Assembly: GCA_964057225.1 (NCBI GenBank)
Contig: OZ059896.1
Coordinates: 5,952,001 to 6,016,000 of the forward strand
Reading direction: 5' to 3'
Source: Auanema rhodensis
Taxonomy: Eukaryota; Animalia; Nematoda
DNA: 64,000 nucleotides
Below the pieces are notes generated by a model, which had not been told where the DNA came from, did not search any database, and worked only from the letters and a program-made list of their open reading frames with translations. Below, in pieces: positions 41,521 to 56,500 of the stretch (position 1 is the first letter of the stretch; each line of letters opens with the position of its first letter). The translations under genes and the position numbers were made by a program.

Positions 41521-44500
41521 CATGTCCATATCAGTCTAAAAACAAATTTTTATTGATATTGGTGCATGGTAACCATGACTTTGAAATTTACGTGAACTTT
41601 AATTTATGCTAATTAAATGTACACGTGATGTGCACTTGGTATGTAACTCGCTTCACGTGACAGATAAAGAGATGCGGTTTTCAAAATCAGATTCCCCATG
41701 TCCATATTAGTCTAAAAACAAATTTTTATTGATATTGGTGCATGGTAACCATGACTTTGAAATTTACGTGAACTTTAATTTATGCTAATTAAATGTACAT
41801 GTGATGTGCACTTGATATGTAACTCGCTTCACGTGAAAGATAAAAAGATGCGGTTTTCAAAATTAGATTCCCCATGTCCACATTAGTCTAAAAACAAATT
41901 TTTATTCATATTGGTGCATGGTAACCATGACTTTGAAATTTACGTGAACTTTAATTTATGCTAATTAAATGTACACGTGATGTGCACTTGGTATGTAACT
42001 CGCTTCACGTGAAAGATAAAAAGATAAGGTTTTCAAAATTAGATTCCCCATGTCCATATTAGTCTAAAAACAAATTTTTATTGATATTAGTGCATGGTAA
42101 CCATGACTTTGAAATTTACGTGAACTTTAATTTATGCTAATTAAATGTACACTTGATGTGCACTTGATATGTAACTCGCTTCACGTGAAAGATAAAAAGA
42201 TGCGGTTTTCAAAATTAGATTCCCCATGTCCATATTAGTCTAAAAACAAATTTTAATTCATATTGGTGCATGGTAACCATGACTTTGAAATTTACGTGAA
42301 CTTTAATTTATGCTAATTAAATGTACACGTGATGTGCACTTGGTATGTCACTCGCTTCACGTGAAAGATGAAGAGATGCTGTTTTTAAAATTAGATTCCC
42401 CATGTCCATATTAGTCTAAAAACAAATTTTTATTGATATTGGTGCATGGTAACCATGACTTTGAAATTTACGTGAACTTTAATTTATGCTAATTAAATGT
42501 ACACGTGATGTGCACCTGGTATGTAACTCGCTTCACGTGAAAGATAAAAAGATGCGGTTTTCAAAATTAGATTCCCCATGTCCATATTAGTCTAAAAACA
42601 AATTTTTATTCATATTGGTGCATGGTAACCATGACTTTGAAATTTACGTGAACTTTAATTTATGCTAATTAAATGTACATGTGATGTGCACCTGGTTTGT
42701 AACTCGCTTCACGTGAAAGATGAAGAGATGCTGTTTTTAAAATTAGATTCCCCATGTCCATATTAGTCTAAAAACAAATTTTTATTGATATTGGTGCATG
42801 GTAACCATGACTTTGAAATTTACGTGAACTTTAATTTATGCTAATTAAATGTACACGTGATGTGCACTTGGTATGTCACTCGCTTCACGTGAAAGATGAA
42901 GAGATGCTGTTTTCAAAATTAGATTCCCCATGTCCATATTAGTCTAAAAACAAATTTTAATTCATATTGGTGCATGGTAACCATGACTTTGAAATTTACG
43001 TGAACTTTAATTTATGCTAATTAAATGTACATGTGATGTGCACCTGGTATGTAACTCGCTTCACGTGAAAGATAAAAAGATGCGGTTTTCAAAATTAGAT
43101 TCCCCATGTCCATATTAGTCTAAAAACAAATTTTTATTCATATTGGTGCATGGTAACCATGACTTTGAAATTTACGTGAACTTTAATTTATGCTAATTAA
43201 ATGTACACGTGATGTGCACTTGGTATGTCACTCGCTTCACGTGAAAGATGAAGAGATGCTGTTTTTAAAATTAGATTCCCCATGTCCATATTAGTCTAAA
43301 AACAAATTTTTATTGATATTGGTGCATGGTAACCATGACTTTGAAATTTACGTGAACTTTAATTTATGCTAATTAAATATACACGTGATGTGCACTTGGT
43401 ATGTAACTCGCTTCACGTGGGAAATAAAGAGATGCGGTTTTCAAAATTAGATTCCCCATTTCCATATTAGTCTAAAAACAAATTTTTATTGATATTGGTG
43501 CATGGTAACCATGACTTTGAAATTTACGTGAACTTTAATTTATGCTAATTAAATATACACGTGATGTGCACTTGGTATGTAACTCGCTTCACGTGGAAAA
43601 TAAAGAGATGCGGTTTTCAAAATTAGATTCCCCATTTCCATATTAGTCTAAAAACAAATTTTTATTGATATTGGTGCATGGTAACCATGACTTTGAAATT
43701 TACGTGAACTTTAATTTATGCTAATTAAATGTACACGTGATGTGCACTTGGTATGTAACTCGCTTCACGTGAAAGATAAAGAGATGCGGTTTTCAAAATT
43801 AGATTCCCCATGTCCATATTAGTCTAAAAACAAATTTTTATTCATATTGGTTCATGGTAACCATGACTTTGAAATTTACGTGAACTTTAATTTATGCTAA
43901 TTAAATGTACATGTGATGTGCACCTGGTTTGTAACTCGCTTCACGTGAAAGATGAAGAGATGCTGTTTTTAAAATTAGATTCCCCATGTCCATATTAGTC
44001 TAAAAACAAATTTTTATTGATATTGGTGCATGGTAACCATGACTTTGAAATTTACGTGAACTTTAATTTATGCTAATTAAATGTACACGTGATGTGCACT
44101 TGGTATGTCACTCGCTTCACGTGAAAGATGAAGAGATGCTGTTTTCAAAATTAGATTCCCCATGTCCATATTAGTCTAAAAACAAATTTTAATTCATATT
44201 GGTGCATGGTAACCATGACTTTGAAATTTACGTGAACTTTAATTTATGCTAATTAAATGTACATGTGATGTGCACCTGGTATGTAACTCGCTTCACGTGA
44301 AAGATAAAAAGATGCGGTTTTCAAAATTAGATTCCCCATGTCCATATTAGTCTAAAAACAAATTTTTATTCATATTGGTGCATGGTAACCATGACTTTGA
44401 AATTTACGTGAACTTTAATTTATGCTAATTAAATGTACACGTGATGTGCACTTGGTATGTCACTCGCTTCACGTGAAAGATGAAGAGATGCTGTTTTTAA

Positions 44501-47500
44501 AATTAGATTCCCCATGTCCATATTAGTCTAAAAACAAATTTTTATTGATATTGGTGCATGGTAACCATGACTTTGAAATTTACGTGAACTTTAATTTATG
44601 CTAATTAAATATACACGTGATGTGCACTTGGTATGTAACTCGCTTCACGTGGAAAATAAAGAGATGCGGTTTTCAAAATTAGATTCCCCATTTCCATATT
44701 AGTCTAAAAACAAATTTTTATTGATATTGGTGCATGGTAACCATGACTTTGAAATTTACGTGAACTTTAATTTATGCTAATTAAATGTACACGTGATGTG
44801 CACTTGGTATGTCACTCGCTTCACGTGAAAGATGAAGAGATGCGGTTTTCAAAATTAGATTCCCCATGTCCATATTAGTCTAAAAACAAATTTTTATTGA
44901 TATTGGTGCATGGTAACCATGACTTTGAAATTTACGTGTACTTTAATTTATGCTAATTAAATGTACACGTGATGTGCACTTGGTATGTAACTCGCTTCAC
45001 GTGAAAGATAAAGAGATGCGGTTTTCAAAATTAGATTCCCCATGTCCATATTAGTCTAAAAACAAATTTTTATTCATATTCGTGCATGGTAACCATGACT
45101 TTGAAATTTACGTGAACTTTAATTTATGCTAATTAAATGTACATGTGATGTGCACCTGGTTTGTAACTCGCTTCACGTGAAAGATGAAGAGATGCTGTTT
45201 TTAAAATTAGATTCCCCATGTCCATATTAGTCTAAAAACAAATTTTTATTGATATTGGTGCATGGTAACCATGACTTTGAAATTTACGTGAACTTTAATT
45301 TATGCTAATTAAATGTACACGTGATGTGCACTTGGTATGTCACTCGCTTCACGTGAAAGATGAAGAGATGCTGTTTTCAAAATTAGATTCCCCATGTCCA
45401 TATTAGTCTAAAAACAAATTTTAATTCATATTGGTGCATGGTAACCATGACTTTGAAATTTACGTGAACTTTAATTTATGCTAATTAAATGTACATGTGA
45501 TGTGCACCTGGTATGTAACTCGCTTCACGTGAAAGATAAAAAGATGCGGTTTTCAAAATTAGATTCCCCATGTCCATATTAGTCTAAAAACAAATTTTTA
45601 TTCATATTGGTGCATGGTAACCATGACTTTGAAATTTACGTGAACTTTAATTTATGCTAATTAAATAAACACGTGATGTGCACTTGGTATGTCACTCGCT
45701 TCACGTGAAAGATGAAGAGATGCTGTTTTTAAAATTAGATTCCCCATGTCCATATTAGTCTAAAAACAAATTTTTATTGATATTGGTGCATGGTAACCAT
45801 GACTTTGAAATTTACGTGAACTTTAATTTATGCTAATTAAATGTACATGTGATGTGCACCTGGTTTGTAACTCGCTTCACGTGAAAGATGAAGAGATGCT
45901 GTTTTTAAAATTAGATTCCCCATGTCCATATTAGTCTAAAAACAAATTTTTATTGATATTGGTGCATGGTAACCATGACTTTAAAATTTACGTGTACTTT
46001 AATTTATGCTAATTAAATGTACATGTGATGTGCACCTGGTTTGTAACTCGCTTCACGTGAAAGATGAAGAGATGCTGTTTTTAAAATTAGATTCCCCATG
46101 TCCATATTAGTCTAAAAACAAATTTTTATTGATATTGGTGCATGGTAACCATGACTTTGAAATTTACGTGAACTTTAATTTATGCTAATTAAATGTACAC
46201 GTGATGTGCACTTGGTATGTCACTCGCTTCACGTGAAAGATGAAGAGATGCTGTTTTCAAAATTAGATTCCCCATGTCCATATTAGTCTAAAAACAAATT
46301 TTAATTCATATTGGTGCATGGTAACCATGACTTTGAAATTTACGTGAACTTTAATTTATGCTAATTAAATGTACATGTGATGTGCACCTGGTATGTAACT
46401 CGCTTCACGTGAAAGATAAAAAGATGCGGTTTTCAAAATTAGATTCCCCATGTCCATATTAGTCTAAAAACAAATTTTTATTCATATTGGTGCATGGTAA
46501 CCATGACTTTGAAATTTACGTGAACTTTAATTTATGCTAATTAAATAAACACGTGATGTGCACTTGGTATGTCACTCGCTTCACGTGAAAGATGAAGAGA
46601 TGCTGTTTTTAAAATTAGATTCCCCATGTCCATATTAGTCTAAAAACAAATTTTTATTGATATTGGTGCATGGTAACCATGACTTTGAAATTTACGTGAA
46701 CTTTAATTTATGCTAATTAAATATACACGTGATGTGCACTTGGTATGTAACTCGCTTCACGTGGAAAATAAAGAGATGCGGTTTTCAAAATTAGATTCCC
46801 CATTTCCATATTAGTCTAAAAACAAATTTTTATTGATATTGGTGCATGGTAACCATGACTTTGAAATTTACGTGAACTTTAATTTATGCTAATTAAATGT
46901 ACACGTGATGTGCACTTGGTATGTAACTCGCTTCACGTGAAAGATAAAGAGATGCGGTTTTCAAAATTAGATTCCCCATTTCCATATTAGTCTAAAAACA
47001 AATTTTTATTGATATTGGTGCATGGTAACCATGACTTTGAAATTTACGTGAACTTTAATTTATGCTAATTAAATATACACGTGATGTGCACTTGGTATGT
47101 AACTCGCTTCACGTGAAAGATAAAGAGATGCGGTTTTCAAAATTAGATTCCCCATGTCCATATTAGTCTAAAAACAAATTTTTATTGATATTGGTTCATG
47201 GTAACCATGACTTTGAAATTTACGTGAACTTTAATTTATGCTAATTAAATGTACACTTGATGTGCACTTGATATGTAACTCGCTTCACGTGAAAGATAAA
47301 AAGATGCGGTTTTCAAAATTAGATTCCCCATGTCCATATTAGTCTAAAAACAAATTTTAATTCATATTGGTGCATGGTAACCATGACTTTGAAATTTACG
47401 TGAACTTTAATTTATGCTAATTAAATGTACATGTGATGTGCACCTGGTATGTAACTCGCTTCACGTGAAAGATAAAAAGATGCGGTTTTCAAAATTAGAT

Positions 47501-50500
47501 TCCCCATGTCCATATTAGTCTAAAAACAAATTTTTATTCATATTGGTGCATGGTAACCATGACTTTGAAATTTACGTGAACTTTAATTTATGCTAATTAA
47601 ATGTACACGTGATGTGCACTTGGTATGTAACTCGCTTCACGTGAAAGATAAAAAGATAAGGTTTTCAAAATTAGATTCCCCATGTCCATATTAGTCTAAA
47701 AACAAATTTTTATTGATATTATTGCATGGTAACCATGACTTTGAAATTTACGTGAACTTTAATTTATGCTAATTAAATGTACACTTGATGTGCACTTGAT
47801 ATGTAACTCGCTTCACGTGAAAGATAAAAAGATGCGGTTTTCAAAATTAGATTCCCCATGTCCATATTAGTCTAAAAACAAATTTTAATTCATATTGGTG
47901 CATGGTAACCATGACTTTGAAATTTACGTGAACTTTAATTTATGCTAATTAAATGTACACGTGATGTGCACTTGGTATGTCACTCGCTTCACGTGAAAGA
48001 TGAAGAGATGCTGTTTTTAAAATTAGATTCCCCATGTCCATATTAGTCTAAAAACAAATTTTTATTGATATTGGTGCATGGTAACCATGACTTTGAAATT
48101 TACGTGAACTTTAATTTATGCTAATTAAATGTACACGTGATGTGCACCTGGTATGTAACTCGCTTCACGTGAAAGATAAAAAGATGCGGTTTTCAAAATT
48201 AGATTCCCCATGTCCATATTAGTCTAAAAACAAATTTTTATTCATATTGGTGCATGGTAACCATGACTTTGAAATTTACGTGAACTTTAATTTATGCTAA
48301 TTAAATGTACATGTGATGTGCACCTGGTTTGTAACTCGCTTCACGTGAAAGATGAAGAGATGCTGTTTTTAAAATTAGATTCCCCATGTCCATATTAGTC
48401 TAAAAACAAATTTTTATTGATATTGGTGCATGGTAACCATGACTTTGAAATTTACGTGAACTTTAATTTATGCTAATTAAATGTACACGTGATGTGCACT
48501 TGGTATGTCACTCGCTTCACGTGAAAGATGAAGAGATGCTGTTTTCAAAATTAGATTCCCCATGTCCATATTAGTCTAAAAACAAATTTTAATTCATATT
48601 GGTGCATGGTAACCATGACTTTGAAATTTACGTGAACTTTAATTTATGCTAATTAAATGTACATGTGATGTGCACCTGGTATGTAACTCGCTTCACGTGA
48701 AAGATAAAAAGATGCGGTTTTCAAAATTAGATTCCCCATGTCCATATTAGTCTAAAAACAAATTTTTATTCATATTGGTGCATGGTAACCATGACTTTGA
48801 AATTTACGTGAACTTTAATTTATGCTAATTAAATGTACACGTGATGTGCACTTGGTATGTCACTCGCTTCACGTGAAAGATGAAGAGATGCTGTTTTTAA
48901 AATTAGATTCCCCATGTCCATATTAGTCTAAAAACAAATTTTTATTGATATTGGTGCATGGTAACCATGACTTTGAAATTTACGTGAACTTTAATTTATG
49001 CTAATTAAATATACACGTGATGTGCACTTGGTATGTAACTCGCTTCACGTGGAAAATAAAGAGATGCGGTTTTCAAAATTAGATTCCCCATTTCCATATT
49101 AGTCTAAAAACAAATTTTTATTGATATTGGTGCATGGTAACCATGACTTTGAAATTTACGTGAACTTTAATTTATGCTAATTAAATGTACACGTGATGTG
49201 CACTTGGTATGTCACTCGCTTCACGTGAAAGATGAAGAGATGCGGTTTTCAAAATTAGATTCCCCATGTCCATATTAGTCTAAAAACAAATTTTTATTGA
49301 TATTGGTGCATGGTAACCATGACTTTGAAATTTACGTGTACTTTAATTTATGCTAATTAAATGTACACGTGATGTGCACTTGGTATGTAACTCGCTTCAC
49401 GTGAAAGATAAAGAGATGCGGTTTTCAAAATTAGATTCCCCATGTCCATATTAGTCTAAAAACAAATTTTTATTGATATTGGTTCATGGTAACCATGACT
49501 TTGAAATTTACGTGTACTTTAATTTATGCTAATTAAATGTACACGTGATGTGCACTTGGTATGTAACTCGCTTCACGTGAAAGATAAAGAGATGCGGTTT
49601 TCAAAATTAGATTCCCCATGTCCATATTAGTCTAAAAACAAATTTTTATTGATATTGGTTCATGGTAACCATGACTTTGAAATTTACGTGAACTTTAATT
49701 TATGCTAATTAAATGTACACTTGATGTGCACTTGATATGTAACTCGCTTCACGTGAAAGATAAAAAGATGCGGTTTTCAAAATTAGATTCCCCATGTCCA
49801 TATTAGTCTAAAAACAAATTTTAATTCATATTGGTGCATGGTAACCATGACTTTGAAATTTACGTGAACTTTAATTTATGCTAATTAAATGTACACGTGA
49901 TGTGCACTTGGTATGTCACTCGCTTCACGTGAAAGATGAAGAGATGCTGTTTTTAAAATTAGATTCCCCATGTCCATATTAGTCTAAAAATAAATTTTTA
50001 TTGATATTGGTGCATGGTAACCATGACTTTGAAATTTACGTGAACTTTAATTTATGCTAATTAAATGTACACGTGATGTGCACCTGGTATGTAACTCGCT
50101 TCACGTGAAAGATAAAAAGATGCGGTTTTCAAAATTAGATTCCCCATGTCCATATTAGTCTAAAAACAAATTTTTATTCATATTGGTGCATGGTAACCAT
50201 GACTTTGAAATTTACGTGAACTTTAATTTATGCTAATTAAATGTACATGTGATGTGCACCTGGTTTGTAACTCGCTTCACGTGAAAGATGAAGAGATGCT
50301 GTTTTTAAAATTAGATTCCCCATGTCCATATTAGTCTAAAAACAAATTTTTATTGATATTGGTGCATGGTAACCATGACTTTGAAATTTACGTGAACTTT
50401 AATTTATGCTAATTAAATGTACACGTGATGTGCACTTGGTATGTCACTCGCTTCACGTGAAAGATGAAGAGATGCTGTTTTCAAAATTAGATTCCCCATG

Positions 50501-53500
50501 TCCATATTAGTCTAAAAACAAATTTTAATTCATATTGGTGCATGGTAACCATGACTTTGAAATTTACGTGAACTTTAATTTATGCTAATTAAATGTACAT
50601 GTGATGTGCACCTGGTATGTAACTCGCTTCACGTGAAAGATAAAAAGATGCGGTTTTCAAAATTAGATTCCCCATGTCCATATTAGTCTAAAAACAAATT
50701 TTTATTGATATTGGTGCATGGTAACCATGACTTTGAAATTTACGTGAACTTTAATTTATGCTAATTAAATGTACACGTGATGTGCACTTGGTATGTCACT
50801 GGCTTCACGTGAAAGATGAAGAGATGCTGTTTTCAAAATTAGATTCCCCATGTCCATATTAGTCTAAAAACAAATTTTAATTCATATTGGTGCATGGTAA
50901 CCATGACTTTGAAATTTACGTGAACTTTAATTTATGCTAATTAAATGTACATGTGATGTGCACCTGGTATGTAACTCGCTTCACGTGAAAGATAAAAAGA
51001 TGCGGTTTTCAAAATTAGATTCCCCATGTCCATATTAGTCTAAAAACAAATTTTTATTCATATTGGTGCATGGTAACCATGACTTTGAAATTTACGTGAA
51101 CTTTAATTTATGCTAATTAAATGTACACGTGATGTGCACTTGGTATGTAACTCGCTTCACGTGAAAGATAAAGAGATGCGGTTTTCAAAATCAGATTCCC
51201 CATGTCCATATTAGTCTAAAAACAAATTTTTATTGATATTGGTGCATGGTAACCATGACTTTGAAATTTACGTGAACTTTAATTTATGCTAATTAAATAT
51301 ACACGTGATGTGCACTTGATATGTAACTCGCTTCACGTGAAAGATAAAGAGATGCGGTTTTCAAAATTAGATTCCCCATGTCCATATTAGTCTAAAAACA
51401 AATTTTTGTTGATATTGGTGCATGGTAACCATGACTTTGAAATTTACGTGAACTTTAATTTATGCTAATTAAATGTACATGTGATGTGCACCTGCTATGT
51501 AACTCGCTTCACGTGAAAGATAAAAAGATAAGGTTTTCAAAATTAGATTCTCCATGTCCATATTAGTCTAAAAACAAATTTTTATTCATATTGGTGCTTG
51601 GTAACCATGACTTTGAAATTTACGTGAACTTTAATTTATGCTAATTAAATATAAACGTGATGTGCACTTGGTATGTAACTCGCTTCACGTGGAAAATAAA
51701 GAGATGCGGTTTTCAAAATTAGATTCCCCATTTCCATATTAGTCTAAAAACAAATTTTTATTGATATTGGTGCATGGTAACCATGACTTTGAAATTTACG
51801 TGAACTTTAATTTATGCTAATTAAATGTACACGTGATGTGCACTTGGTATGTCACTCGCTTCACGTGAAAGATGAAGAGAGGCGGTTTTCAAAATTAGAT
51901 TCCCCATGTCCATATTAGTCTAAAAACAAATTTTTATTGATATTGGTGCATGGTAACCATGACTTTGAAATTTACGTGTACTTTAATTTATGCTAATTAA
52001 ATGTACCCGTGATGTGCACTTGGTATGTAACTCGCTTCACGTAAAAGATAAAGAGATGCGGTTTTCAAAATTAGATTCCCCATTTCCATATTAGTCTAAA
52101 AACAAATTTTTATTGATATTGGTTCATGGTAACCATGACTTTGAAATTTACGTGAACTTTAATTTATGCTAATTAAATGTACACGTGATGTGCACTTGGT
52201 ATGTAACTCGCTTCACGTGAAAGATAAAGAGATGCGGTTTTCAAAATTAGATTCCCCATTTCCATATTAGTCTAAAAACAAATTTTTATTGATATTGGTG
52301 CATGGTAACCATGACTTTGAAATTTACGTGAACTTTAATTTATGCTAATTAAATGTACACGTGATGTGCACTTGGCATGTAACTCGCTTCACGTGAAAGA
52401 TAAAGAGATGCGGTTTTCAAAATTAGATTCCCCATGTCCATATTAGTCTAAAAACAAATTTTTATTGATATTGGTGCATGGTAACCATGACTTTGAAATT
52501 TACGTGAACTTTAATTTATGCTAATTAAATGTACACGTGATGTGCACTTGGTATGTAACTCGCTTCACGTGAAAGATAAAGAGATGCGGTTTTCAAAATT
52601 AGATTTCTCATGTCCATATTAGTCTTAAAACAAATTTTTATTGATATTGGTGCATGGTAACCATGACTTTGAAATTTACGTGAACTTTAGTTTATGCTAA
52701 TTAAATGTACACGTGATGTGCACTTGGTATGTCACTCGCTTCACGTGAAAGATGAAGAGATGCGGTTTTCAAATTTAGATTCCCCATGTCCATATTAATC
52801 TAAAAACAAATTTTTATTGATATTGGTGCATGGTAACCATGACTTTGAAATTTACGTGTACTTTAATTTATGCTAATTAAATGTACACGTGATGTGCACT
52901 TGGTATGTAACTCGCTTCACGTGAAAGATAAAGAGATTCGGTTTTCAAAACTAGATTCCCCATTTCCATATTAGTCTAAAAACAAATTTTTATTGATATT
53001 GGTGCATGGTAACCATGACTTTGAAATTTACGTGAACTTTAATTTATGCTAATTAAATGTACACGTGATGTGCACTTGGTATGTAACTCGCTTCACGTGA
53101 AAGATAAAGAGATGCGAATTTCAAAATTAGATTCCCCATGTCCATATTAGTCTAAAAACAAATTTTTATTGATATTGGTGCATGGTAACCATGACTTTGA
53201 AATTTACGTGTACTTTAATTTATGCTAATTAAAAGTACACGTGATGTGCACTTGGTATGTAACTCGCTTCACGTGAAAGATAAAGAGATGCGGTTTTCAA
53301 AATTAGATTCCCCATTTCCATATTAGTCTAAAAACAAATTTTTATTGATATTGGTTCATGGTAACCATGACTTTGAAATTTACGTGAACTTTAATTTATG
53401 CTAATTAAATGTACACGTGATGTGCACTTGGTATGTAACTCGCTTCACGTGAAAGATAAAGAGATGCGGTTTTCAAAATTAGATTCCCCATTTCCATATT

Positions 53501-56500
53501 AGTCTAAAAACAAATTTTTATTGATATTGGTGCATGGTAACCATGACTTTGAAATTTACGTGAACTTTAATTTATGCTAATTAAATGTACACGTGATGTG
53601 CACTTGCTATGTCACTCGCTTCACGTGAAAGATGAAGAGATGCGGTTTTCAAAATTAGATTCCCCATGTCCATATTAATCTAAAAACAAATTTTTATTGA
53701 TATTGGTGCATGGTAACCATGACTTTGAAATTTACGTGAACTTTAATTTATGCTAATTAAATGTACACGTGATGTGCACTTGGTATGTCACTCGCTTCAC
53801 GTGAAAGATGAAGAGATGCGGTTTTCAAATTTAGATTCCCCATGTCCATATTAATCTAAAAACAAATTTTTATTGATATTGGTGCATGGTAACCATGACT
53901 TTGAAATTTACGTGTACTTTAATTTATGCTAATTAAATGTACACGTGATGTGCACTTGGTATGTAACTCGCTTCACGTGAAAGATAAAGAGATTCGGTTT
54001 TCAAAACTAGATTCCCCATTTCCATATTAGTCTAAAAACAAATTTTTCTTGATATTGGTGCATGGTAACCATGACTTTGAAATTTACGTGAACTTTAATT
54101 TATGCTAATTAAATGTACATGTGATGTGCACCTGGTATGTAACTCGCTTCACGTGAAAGATAAAAAGATGCGGTTTTCAAAATTAGATTCCCCATGTCCA
54201 TATTAGTCTAAAAACAAATTTTTATTCATATTGGTGCATGGTAACCATGACTTTGAAATTTACGTGAACTTTAATTTATGCTAATTAAATATACACGTGA
54301 TGTGCACTTGATATGTAACTCGCTTCACGTGAAAGATAAAGAGAAGCGGTTTTCAAAATTAGATTCCCCATGTCCATATTAGTCTAAAAACAAATTTTTA
54401 TTGATATTGGTGCATGGTAACCATGACTTTGAAATTTACGTGAACTTTAATTTATGCTAATTAAATGTACACGTGATGTGCACTTGCTATGTCACTCGCT
54501 TCACGTGAAAGATGAAGAGATGCGGTTTTCAAAATTAGATTCCCCATGTCCATATTAATCTAAAAACAAATTTTTATTGATATTGGTGCATGGTAACCAT
54601 GACTTTGAAATTTACGTGAACTTTAATTTATGCTAATTGAATGTACACGTGATGTGCACTTGGTATGTAACTCGCTTCACGTGAAAGATAAAGAGATGCG
54701 GTTTTCAAAACTAGATTCCCCATTTCCATATTAGTCTAAAAACAAATTTTTATTGATATTGGTGCATGGTAACCATGACTTTGAAATTTACGTGAACTTT
54801 AATTTATGCTAATTAAATATACACCTGATGTGCACTTGGTATGTAACTCGCTTCACGTGAAAGATAAAGAGATGCGGTTTTCAAAATTAGATTCCCCATT
54901 TCCATATTAGTCTAAAAACAAATTTTTATTGATATTGGTGCATGGTAACCATGACTTTGAAATTTACGTGAACTTTAATTTATGCTAATTAAATGTACAC
55001 GTGATGTGCACTTGATATGTAACTCGCTTCACGTGAAAGATGAAGAGATGCGGTTTTCAAAATTAGATTCCCCATGTCCATATTAATCTAAAAACAAATT
55101 TTTATTGATATTGGTGCATGGTAACCATGACTTTGAAATTTACGTGAACTTTAATTTATGCTAATTAAATGTACATGTGATGTGCACCTGGTATGTAACT
55201 CGCTTCACGTGAAAGATAAAAAGATGCGGTTTTCAAAATTAGATTCCCCATGTCCATATTAGTCTAAAAACAAATTTTTATTCATATTGGTGCATGGTAA
55301 CCATGACTTTGAAATTTACGTGAACTTTAATTTATGCTAATTAAATATACACGTGATGTGCACTTGATATGTAACTCGCTTCACGTGAAAGATAAAGAGA
55401 AGCGGTTTTCAAAATTAGATTCCCCATGTCCATATTAGTCTAAAAACAAATTTTTATTGATATTGGTGCATGGTAACCATGACTTTGAAATTTACGTGTA
55501 CTTTAATTTATGCTAATTAAAAGTACACGTGATGTGCACTTGGTATGTAACTCGCTTCACGTGAAAGATAAAGAGATGCGGTTTTCAAAATTAGATTCCC
55601 CATTTCCATATTAGTCTAAAAACAAATTTTTATTGATATTGGTTCATGGTAACCATGACTTTGAAATTTACGTGAACTTTAATTTATGCTAATTAAATGT
55701 ACACGTGATGTGCACTTGGTATGTAACTCGCTTCACGTGAAAGATAAAGAGATGCGGTTTTCAAAATTAGATTCCCCATTTCCATATTAGTCTAAAAACA
55801 AATTTTTATTGATATTGGTGCATGGTAACCATGACTTTGAAATTTACGTGAACTTTAATTTATGCTAATTAAATGTACACGTGATGTGCACTTGCTATGT
55901 CACTCGCTTCACGTGAAAGATGAAGAGATGCGGTTTTCAAAATTAGATTCCCCATGTCCATATTAATCTAAAAACAAATTTTTATTGATATTGGTGCATG
56001 GTAACCATGACTTTGAAATTTACGTGAACTTTAATTTATGCTAATTGAATGTACACGTGATGTGCACTTGGTATGTAACTCGCTTCACGTGAAAGATAAA
56101 GAGATGCGGTTTTCAAAACTAGATTCCCCATTTCCATATTAGTCTAAAAACAAATTTTTATTGATATTGGTGCATGGTAACCATGACTTTGAAATTTACG
56201 TGAACTTTAATTTATGCTAATTAAATGTACACGTGATGTGCACTTGGTATGTAACTCGCTTCACGTGAAAGATAAAGAGATGCGAATTTCAAAATTAGAT
56301 TCCCCATGTCCATATTAGTCTAAAAACAAATTTTTATTGATATTGGTGCATGGTAACCATGACTTTGAAATTTACGTGAACTTTAATTTATGCTAATTAA
56401 ATATACACCTGATGTGCACTTGGTATGTAACTCGCTTCACGTGAAAGATAAAGAGATGCGGTTTTCAAAATTAGATTCCCCATTTCCATATTAGTCTAAA

